In this document: one piece after another, positions 51,442 through 59,245 of the stretch | Layout: the number at the start of each line of letters is the position of its first letter | How positions within the stretch are numbered: position 1 is the first letter of the stretch | NCBI GenBank assembly: GCA_052034805.1 | Contig: JBPOID010000003.1 | Coordinates: 3,502-67,501, forward strand | DNA from: Candidatus Tayloriibacteriota bacterium | GTDB taxonomy: Bacteria; Patescibacteriota; Minisyncoccia; Phycocordibacterales; PALSA-1337 | Reading direction: 5' to 3' | DNA: 64,000 bases | Translations under genes and position numbers: made by a program | Notes under the pieces: model-generated | Seen by the model: only the letters and a program-made list of their open reading frames with translations | Databases searched by the model: none | What the model was told of the DNA's origin: nothing

Positions 51442-53062
51442 AAATTGAAATAATCCACGAGCAGCTTCCGCTACCCGTGCCTTGTTACGACTTACTCCCT
51501 GTCATTGAGCTTACCTTAGGCCGCGACAAGCGCGGACTTCGGGTACTCCCAACTCCCTTGAGTTGACGGGCGGTGAGTACAAGACTTGAGAACGTATTCA
51601 CCTCGGTATAGCTGACCCGAGATTACTAGCAATTCCGGTTTCATGAGGTCGAGTTGCAGACCTCAATCCAAACTGACGCACCCTTTATAAGGATTTGCTC
51701 CGCCTTTTATCGGCATTGCTTCCCGTTGTAGGTGCGATTGTATCGCGTGTGTAGCCCAGGGTATCAGAGGGACATGCTGACCTGGCGTCATCCTCACCTT
51801 CCTCCCACGACGCAGAGCACAATTATATATTGAAAAATGAATCTCTAAGAAAATTGGTTCGCTTCTCTTGCGGTCGGGAGACCTTTTCGGTCCGCTTTCG
51901 CTCTCGAAAAGGCTCCCTCCCCGGAAGCTCACACAATTTTCTAAATATAATTCCGCGCTATGTCGTGGGCAGTCTCGCCTGACAAATATAACAGGCAACG
52001 AGGGTTGCGTTCGTTACCCCACTGAAGGGAACAACTCAAGCCACGAACTGACGACGGCCATGCATCACCTGCCTAACTGTCTTGCGACGACCAAAGTTTC
52101 TTCTGGTCTTCAGCTAGGTTTCAAACCCTGGTAAGGTTCTTCGTTTGTCATCGAATTAAACCACATGATCCACTGCTTGTGCAAGTCCCCGTCTATTCCT
52201 TTGAGTTTTAACCTTGCGGTCGTACTACCCAGGCGCTTCTCTTAACGCGTTAGCTAAGCCTCTCAGAGGGTCGATACTCCGAAAAGCGAGAGAAGATCGT
52301 TTAGGGCGTGGACTACTGGGGTATCTAATCCCATTCGCGACCCACGCTTTCATGTTTCAGTGTCAGGAGTGCTCCAGTTTCTTGCCTTCGCTTTTGGTGT
52401 TCCCCATAATATCAACGCATTTCACCGCTACACTATGAGTTCCAGAAACCCCTCGCATCCTCTAGTTGTACCGTTTCCTTTGCATGTCCCCGGTTAAGCC
52501 GAAGAATTTAACAAAAGACTAATACAACCACCTACACATCCTTTACGCCCAATGATTCCGGATAACGCTTGAGGCACTCGTATTACCGCTGCTGCTGGCA
52601 CGAGTTTAGCAACCTCTTATTCGCCAAGTACTATCAATAAACTTTCTCCCTGGCAAAAGGTTTTTACGTCCCTAGGGACTTCATCAACCACGCGGCGTCG
52701 CTCCGTCAGGCTTTCGCCCATTGCGGAAGATTCTCGACTGCGGCCACCCGTAGGTGTATGGACCGTCTCTCAGTTCCATCGGTGGGGGTCACCCTCTCAG
52801 GTCCCCTAAGCGTCTTAGCCTTGGTAGGCCATTACCCTACCAACTAGCTGATACTGAACAGGCCCATCCAAAAGCGATAAATCTTTACTCTTTCGAGACC
52901 ATCAAGTATTAACTCATCTTTCGATGAGGTATCCCTGACTCTTGGGTTGGTACCTGCTTATTACTACCTCGTCTGCCACTGTGTATTGCTACACCGTTTG
53001 ACTTGCATGCCTTATCCACGCCGCCAGCGTTCATCCTGAGCTAGGATCAAACTCTTAACTAA
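51442..53062 (-). rRNA. rrs: 16S rRNA (ends approximate), stand-alone, with an insertion in helix 40
   Basis: AGAGTTTGATCCTAGCTCAG, GTGCCAGCAGCAGCGGTAA, ATTAGATACCC, AAACTCAAAGGAATAGACGG, AAGTCGTAACAAGG on the minus strand. Confidence 0.98.
51806..51967 (-). other. Structured intervening sequence in 16S helix 40
   Basis: 162 nt replace the usual ~11 nt between CCTTCCTCC and GGCAGTCTC; the two ends form a ~35-bp imperfect stem. Confidence 0.85.
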
Positions 53063-53315
53063 AATGAACGGAACAAAATAAAAAACAGTAATACTTTTAG
53101 GAATTATTATCTTATATTTTGAATTCTTTTAGATGCTATAGAGTTTGAAACAGCTCATGTTAATGTGAATATATTAACTTGGAATCATTGTTTCAAAATA
53201 AACATTAAACTTGCACATATTCAATCAAAAGTTGAATTCGAATACGTTCTTTCTAATGCATAACTTAAACTTAATAAATTTTCAAAAAACATGCTCTTCT
53301 TGGAGCGTAGATACC

Positions 53316-53343
53316 ATTCTACTTATAGATAGAATAAAGTCAA
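53316..53343 (-). promoter_or_regulatory. 16S rRNA promoter
   Basis: TTGACT (53338-53343) - 16 nt - TAGAAT (53316-53321); boxA-like TGTTTTTTGAAAA just downstream. Confidence 0.7.
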
Positions 53344-53347
53344 GTAC

Positions 53348-54610
53348 TTAACGACTTTCTAGAGAATTTACCTCATTTTCCTTGATTTTCTTTATAATTC
53401 TCCATCTATGTCTGAAATGGCTTATTGTTACATAACTTATAAATGCCAATGCCAATACTATATAAACGATATAATCTATTACAAATCTAATAAGTGAAAA
53501 AGATGATCTTATTTCTATTGATTCATCTCTTATATTGCCCGCCTTATCTATAGCACGCACTATAACCTGTAAATTACTAGTATCAGTTACTGGTACTTGG
53601 AATGGACTTTCTGTTTGTATAAATACTGGGGAAACAGTTAGAGGTTGAGACTTATCTATAATACCAACTTCATAATGATCAATGCCAGAAAGATTATCTG
53701 TGGTAAAGAAAGAAACTAGGGTTCTTTGTGAAAGTATTGTCGCCGCTAATAAATAATTAGCTTCGGGTTTAAAATCTGCAGGAGGAGCAGTATCTATCCT
53801 TATTAGGAAATGTCCTGTACTTCCCCATTCACCCTTCGCTCCACCCTTGTGAGCCTTCACGTGGAAATACCATAGACCATCCGCCAAATCAGTAAATCCT
53901 TTACTCGTATCATTAGAATTTATTACACTATCTGGAATAGTAGAAAATTTATTATCTAAAACATAACTAAAACCATCTACATCTGTATCACGATCCCATG
54001 ATACAACCGGACTATTATTATTATACCAATCATCTTGTACTGGATGTGTTTCTGAGAAAATTCTCACACCATCTGGAGCCTTGGTAATTATTTCATAATT
54101 AGCTCTGCCTAGATCTGCAACAGCTTCAGTACCCATACCATCATTCAAAAGTATTTTTGAATCCGAACGAATACTTACTGTAGCATTACCTGTTTTCAAT
54201 GCCTTAAATGTTATAGTACCAATAAGACCTGATTTTGTAGTTATACCATCAGGTATAACTCCAACATATCTAGCCATACCTCTTTCATTATCATATTTTG
54301 GTGGTTCAACCCATATACCGATAATCGATTTACCTCCAGATGGTTTTATTATTGATAATTTATTTTTATCAAAATTAACTACTATTTCTACACCATTTAT
54401 ACTAGAATTTTTTGTATTTATAATAATAGGAACTTCAAATGTCGAACCTTCAACGAAACTCCCAGAACGAGGAGATAATGATACTTCAACTTTCGGAAGT
54501 AATTTCATAGCATTTACTGTTACTGTTTCTGCATGAAGAGGTAGAGAAAATGACATTGATATAGTCAATGCAATAATTAAAAATAAATATGATTTAATTC
54601 TATTAATCAT
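53348..54610 (-). CDS. Secreted cohesin-like domain protein with Ig-like domains and C-terminal TM anchor
   Basis: Signal peptide; LSPRSGSFVEGSTFEVPIII..INGVEIVVNFD..IW..LLNDGMGT; SGIDHYEV, RAIDKAGN; TM. Confidence 0.7.
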   Translation of the reverse strand: MINRIKSYLFLIIALTISMSFSLPLHAETVTVNAMKLLPKVEVSLSPRSGSFVEGSTFEVPIIINTKNSSINGVEIVVNFDKNKLSIIKPSGGKSIIGIWVEPPKYDNERGMARYVGVIPDGITTKSGLIGTITFKALKTGNATVSIRSDSKILLNDGMGTEAVADLGRANYEIITKAPDGVRIFSETHPVQDDWYNNNSPVVSWDRDTDVDGFSYVLDNKFSTIPDSVINSNDTSKGFTDLADGLWYFHVKAHKGGAKGEWGSTGHFLIRIDTAPPADFKPEANYLLAATILSQRTLVSFFTTDNLSGIDHYEVGIIDKSQPLTVSPVFIQTESPFQVPVTDTSNLQVIVRAIDKAGNIRDESIEIRSSFSLIRFVIDYIVYIVLALAFISYVTISHFRHRWRIIKKIKENEVNSLESR

Positions 54611-55764
54611 TATAATTCAATGTCTCTAATCTCTCTACCTATAGTTCTTTCAGCAGAATTTATATCTTTCTTTAATAAGGATTTATCTTCTATATCTTCT
54701 CGGAGAATATCAAAGGATTTATGTACTATATCTTCTACTTTATGCATCTCTCTTTTATATTTTCCATTACTATTTGTCTTTCTTTTTTCATCTTTATCTT
54801 CTGTATATATATGTATTATTAAATAAACAATAATAAGTATTAGTATTAACAATATAATCCATATTTGCCATGGAATATCAGAGAAAAAATTACCTATATT
54901 TATAATTATTTTATTTGATTCATTACTATGAGTACCATCACTCTTTATCATAATAGCTGTTACTGTATATTCACCAGACTTTAGAGAATTAGGTACTGGT
55001 AAATTGAAATTTCCATTATCTTCAGCTATATCAGTTATAAATATCTTAGTACCTTTTTCAGAGATAAAAGTTATTAATACTTGTGCTTTAGAATAATCAG
55101 ATATTCCTATAATAGATGGCTGATTATACTTTATTCCATATACTATCTCTGGCGACTTTAGAGTTAAAGGTTTCTCTATCACAGGTGCTGGTACTACTTC
55201 TGGAGTATTTTCTTTTATCTCTTTAATTGGTTCCGGCTTTACACTGGCTTCTTTTATAGAAAACATTGCCCCTGATAGATTGCCAGTTATGTCTGTGCCT
55301 TCTCCATCATTTGCAAGTATTTGACCAGATTGAAAAGAAATATTAGCTGAACCGATCTTTAATGGTCTTATAACTATAGTAAGAATATTACCGATTGAAC
55401 CACCTTTATATCCACCGAGTGCAACTCCTTCGAAACGGACTGTACCGTTTGATCTAGAAAGAGTTGGTTCTGTTACCCAAAAATTCAAAGCGGAACCAGA
55501 TTTTGAAACAGATTCAATAGAAAATAATGATGTTGGAATATTTATAACAGAAGATACAGCATTAAAAGCTATATCACTAGTAACATTTACCTTTAATATT
55601 ATAGAACTACCAACTTCATAACTACCAGAAGATGGACTGATGGATAGTGTCGCAGCAAAAACTGTATTAGAAAATAATGGTACAAAAAAGAATATTAAAG
55701 ATAACAATACTAGCGGATAAATATTGATTTTATTTTCTTTTTTGAAAAAATCACAAATGTACAT
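54610..55764 (-). CDS. Secreted cohesin-like domain protein with C-terminal TM anchor
   Basis: VFAATLSISPSSGSYEVGS..FNAVS..FW..ILANDGEGT; Pro-rich linker; TM WQIWIILLILILII. Confidence 0.7.
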   Translation of the reverse strand: MYICDFFKKENKINIYPLVLLSLIFFFVPLFSNTVFAATLSISPSSGSYEVGSSIILKVNVTSDIAFNAVSSVINIPTSLFSIESVSKSGSALNFWVTEPTLSRSNGTVRFEGVALGGYKGGSIGNILTIVIRPLKIGSANISFQSGQILANDGEGTDITGNLSGAMFSIKEASVKPEPIKEIKENTPEVVPAPVIEKPLTLKSPEIVYGIKYNQPSIIGISDYSKAQVLITFISEKGTKIFITDIAEDNGNFNLPVPNSLKSGEYTVTAIMIKSDGTHSNESNKIIINIGNFFSDIPWQIWIILLILILIIVYLIIHIYTEDKDEKRKTNSNGKYKREMHKVEDIVHKSFDILREDIEDKSLLKKDINSAERTIGREIRDIEL

Positions 55765-56588
55765 ATTACTAAAATTATAGCAAGAATTATGTAATGTTCA
55801 TACCATGGAATATTCTTCGGATTAACCATAACTACTCTTATATTGTTTGATTTATCAACAGCTTTTACATAAATCTTGGTTCTTAATTCTTGATCCTTCA
55901 AAAGATATGGGCTTGTAGCCTCTATACAATCAGATTCAATACCCTCACAAATCTCATAATGATCAATACCAGAAATCTTATCTTGAGTATTAAATACTAT
56001 AAAATATTTATCATCAAAAATATTAGGGTCTTTATTTATTTCTGGAACAAATGTTTCCGGCAAATCTTTATCTAAAATATTATATTCACTAGGTATATAA
56101 TCCTTATTAGTTTTATTAAAAATATTTAATTGTAAATTCTTTATTTTGGCTTTTATTTCTGTACCCTTTCCATCATTACGGAATAATTGTGATTTGATTA
56201 CCTTTAGAGATGTATTACCAGACTTCTTTATCTCAAAAATAATCCTTATAATATTTCCCTTATCTCCATTATATCCACCAGGAGTTATACCAGAAAGATA
56301 TATTTCACCATCTTTTAATATATTTGGTTTATCTATCCAAATATTAACTATAGAATCGCCTGTGTATATATTTTTAAAATCAAGTATATCGCTAGGATAA
56401 GAAATGGTACTTGCTATAGTGTTTATAGATTCATTTTGTGTATTCAAATATAAATCTACAGATATAATATCTCCAACTCTTAAAATATCATTAGAAGGAT
56501 TAACAATACTTAATTCAGCAGCATAAACAGTATTACTAAATAGTAATACTGTAATTAAAAATAAAATTGTAATAATTATTTTCTTCAT
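55710..56588 (-). CDS. Secreted cohesin-like domain protein with C-terminal TM anchor (ATG 56588)
   Basis: VYAA signal; VGDIISVDLYLNT..INTIASTISYP..IW..LFRNDGKGT; SGIDHYEI, KAVDKSNN; TM. Confidence 0.7.
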   Translation of the reverse strand: MKKIIITILFLITVLLFSNTVYAAELSIVNPSNDILRVGDIISVDLYLNTQNESINTIASTISYPSDILDFKNIYTGDSIVNIWIDKPNILKDGEIYLSGITPGGYNGDKGNIIRIIFEIKKSGNTSLKVIKSQLFRNDGKGTEIKAKIKNLQLNIFNKTNKDYIPSEYNILDKDLPETFVPEINKDPNIFDDKYFIVFNTQDKISGIDHYEICEGIESDCIEATSPYLLKDQELRTKIYVKAVDKSNNIRVVMVNPKNIPWYEHYIILAIILVICTFVIFSKKKIKSIFIR

Positions 56589-57955
56589 TATCCTGTCCAA
56601 TTAAATGCCATAATACTGAAATCTATAAGATCTATTTTTGCATCACCATTCAATCTTTCTTTTTCTATAAGCTTAAATGATTCACTGAGTATATGTTTAT
56701 ACCAAAAAGCAGCAATAGAGAAGTCTACAAGATTAACTCTGCCATCTTTATTCAAATCTCCTCTCAAAATTTTATTTGCCAAAGAGACTGCGGCAACATT
56801 TTTATTACCGACAATAAAACCTAAAGAATTACTGAAAGGACTTATTTCACCATTGATTGCTGCTTTTAATTTTGTAGAATGTTGACCCATTTCGAGAGGA
56901 GTAGTATCAAAATTATATAAATATATACCATTCTTATCAGAATTAGTTTTAGAGAAAATAGTTTCATTAGAATTAACTTGAATAGTTAAATCTCCATTGC
57001 CAACAGATTGTCCAAATATGGCTATATTATCACCTCTCTTAACTTCACTTTTATCTAAAGAAATCGTAGGAGTTATGAATATACCACCAACACTAGTTAT
57101 AACACCTCTTGTTACAAATATCTGAAATGTAAAAGGACTAGATTTCACATTTCTATTATCTTCACCGTAAACACCAAAAATATAACTACCTGGTGAAAGA
57201 TTGGTTATTCTTGCTGTAAAATTACTATCGGGACCAGCAATTGTATTAAGTATTAATTGTCCATCTTTTAGAAATCCTACCTTACTTAAAGGATAAGCTC
57301 TCCCAGAAAGGACAACTCCTGTATCTCCAGAATCAGTATCACCACCCCCACCTCCTCCTCCGCCCCCGCCACCACCTCCCCCTCCTCCGCCACCACCTCC
57401 ATTATTATTGTTTGAAGATACTGGTGTAGAAGATATTTGACTTGAAGAAGCTATAGCGTTACCAAAAATATCTTTAACAACTATAACGAAATAATAAGTA
57501 GTATTATTAGTCAAACCAGAAATACTAGAAGATGTGACATTACCGAGAGAAGTATAAGTATATGGACCTCCTGACACAGTCGATCTAGCTATATTATAGC
57601 CAGATGGAGTCCAGCCTAAAAATCCAGATGAATTTGTCCATGATAAACTAATAGAAGAATCGCCTGGTGTAGCAGAAACCACAGGTGAAGATACGAATGG
57701 ATAGAATAATGAACCCGCATTCAATTTATAATCTGTTGCACTACTAGTACCAATACTCATTTGCGATAGACTACTCCATAATTGAAAACTCGTAGAAGTA
57801 GCGTAATTAGCGGAAAACATAACTGGATCTACAACTTGATAAGATCCTGATGTGTATTCATCAGCATTAGATACAAAGACAATAGAAAGGAATAGGAATA
57901 ACGCCAGTGTTAAAGCTCTTAGATATCTAATGCCTTTATATACATCTTTTGTCAT
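56588..57955 (-). CDS. Secreted FN3 / poly-Gly linker / Ig-like / C-terminal dockerin-like protein
   Basis: Signal peptide; FN3 (ISLSW..GYNI..GLTNNTTYYF); 20xGly (57341-57400); duplicated DLNKDGRVNLVDFSI / LNGDAKIDLIDFSI. Confidence 0.75.
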   Translation of the reverse strand: MTKDVYKGIRYLRALTLALFLFLSIVFVSNADEYTSGSYQVVDPVMFSANYATSTSFQLWSSLSQMSIGTSSATDYKLNAGSLFYPFVSSPVVSATPGDSSISLSWTNSSGFLGWTPSGYNIARSTVSGGPYTYTSLGNVTSSSISGLTNNTTYYFVIVVKDIFGNAIASSSQISSTPVSSNNNNGGGGGGGGGGGGGGGGGGGGDTDSGDTGVVLSGRAYPLSKVGFLKDGQLILNTIAGPDSNFTARITNLSPGSYIFGVYGEDNRNVKSSPFTFQIFVTRGVITSVGGIFITPTISLDKSEVKRGDNIAIFGQSVGNGDLTIQVNSNETIFSKTNSDKNGIYLYNFDTTPLEMGQHSTKLKAAINGEISPFSNSLGFIVGNKNVAAVSLANKILRGDLNKDGRVNLVDFSIAAFWYKHILSESFKLIEKERLNGDAKIDLIDFSIMAFNWTG

Positions 57956-57979
57956 TTTCTAATAAACCTCTATTGTCAA

Positions 57980-58363
57980 TTATTGGCCGATCTTTAGAGT
58001 TGCAACTTCAACTATTATATTAGACTTATCATCATATATAAGTGCTGTCTTGGATACAGGATAGACTATAAGATAATCACCTACCTTTGCTTTAACGAAA
58101 AATGGATTATTAACAAAAGGTTTAGTATCAGAAATCATAGCCACTACTGGTTTCTCATTTGTTGGTAAAGCTATTAATTTACCAACTTTATCTATAAGCA
58201 TAGTTACTTTTGCTTCATTTTCTTTATCTTGATTCTGTTTTAGAGAAACGGTTTTACTGTAGAAATAAAATAAAGATACTGATGCAATAATTATAAGTAT
58301 GATTATCACTAGAATTGGTTTAGTGAGAAACTTTGTTTTTGTATTGTTTGTATTAGGTTCCAT
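57980..58363 (-). CDS. Small single-TM hypothetical protein, paralog 3
   Basis: KLIALPTNEKP..PFFVKAKVGD..ALIYD..IVEVA. Confidence 0.75.
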   Translation of the reverse strand: MEPNTNNTKTKFLTKPILVIIILIIIASVSLFYFYSKTVSLKQNQDKENEAKVTMLIDKVGKLIALPTNEKPVVAMISDTKPFVNNPFFVKAKVGDYLIVYPVSKTALIYDDKSNIIVEVATLKIGQ

Positions 58364-58373
58364 ATTTTTTTAA

Positions 58374-58751
58374 TTATTTTGAAGAATTTTTATTTGTTGT
58401 TTCCAAATTTATCTTGGCTACTTCCAGAATCTTATTTGCTACTGGATCATAAAGATATATTTTGCCAGTATTTTTATAAAAGACTACATTATCACCATTT
58501 TTTGCTTTTGCGAAAAATGGGTCCTTATTCAACTTTTCTATATCATTTACAACCATTATAACAGGTGTTTCATCTTCTGGTAGAATTATCAATTTACCTA
58601 ATCTAGAAACCAAATCCTCAGTTTGTTGTTCTACTGAACTCTGTGGATTATCTTTAATGTTTCCTGCTTTCTTGTAAAAGTTAAACGCAAAGCCACTTAT
58701 GATAATAAACACAACTAAAAGTAAAAAGAAAATTTTATTTCTGTAATTCAT
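58374..58751 (-). CDS. Small single-TM hypothetical protein, paralog 2
   Basis: KLIILPEDETP..PFFAKAKNGD..YLYDP..ILEVA. Confidence 0.75.
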   Translation of the reverse strand: MNYRNKIFFLLLVVFIIISGFAFNFYKKAGNIKDNPQSSVEQQTEDLVSRLGKLIILPEDETPVIMVVNDIEKLNKDPFFAKAKNGDNVVFYKNTGKIYLYDPVANKILEVAKINLETTNKNSSK

Positions 58752-58816
58752 AATGACAATTATAAACTATTGATAGTTATTAAAGCAAATCTATTATCCA
58801 CAAAATAGCCAGTAAA

Positions 58817-59221
58817 TTAGCGATTTGTTGTGGAATTTATATCTGTTGTTTTATTTGCAGAAACAGAAGATATTTCTATAATTTTCTTTATGGAAGGCCT
58901 CCATAATATAGCCTTTTGAGATGTTTGATATATAAGAACCTTATCCCCCACTTGTGCATTAGCAAAGAATTTCTGATCTTTTAATTTTGATGGGTCTGAT
59001 ACTGTCGCCAAAGTTGGTGTTTCATCTTTTGGTAATACTATAAATACACCTATATCTTTAACTATTTGATTTGTTTCTCTAGAAATAGCTTCACCAGGAT
59101 TCTCTAGATTACGTATTTTATTTATAAAAATAATATTAGATACTATAAGACCAATAATTATTATAATAAGACTTATAATAAAAACTTTTATTCTTGATGG
59201 TAATAAATTAAATGTTTTCAT
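58817..59221 (-). CDS. Small single-TM hypothetical protein, paralog 1
   Basis: IVLPKDETP..KFFANAQVGD..AILWRP..IIEIS. Confidence 0.75.
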   Translation of the reverse strand: MKTFNLLPSRIKVFIISLIIIIIGLIVSNIIFINKIRNLENPGEAISRETNQIVKDIGVFIVLPKDETPTLATVSDPSKLKDQKFFANAQVGDKVLIYQTSQKAILWRPSIKKIIEISSVSANKTTDINSTTNR

Positions 59222-59245
59222 ATCTAGAGTATATCATAATTTATT

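Larger units (their letters stand above)
51251..53090 (-). repeat. Inverted repeat flanking 16S (processing stem): 51251-51276 pairs with 53065-53090
   Basis: TTTATTTTGTTCCGTTCA / TGAACGGAACAAAATAAA perfect 18 bp, 24 of 26 when extended. Confidence 0.85.

Noticed and set aside
51663-52438. ORFs 51663-51998, 51868-52134 and 52214-52438, including a possible homing endonuclease in the insertion
   Set aside because: They overlap conserved 16S sequence and show no LAGLIDADG, GIY-YIG or HNH motifs
58794-58802. Single perfect DnaA box TTATCCACA upstream of 58751
   Set aside because: An isolated 9-mer is plausible by chance in 64 kb of AT-rich DNA
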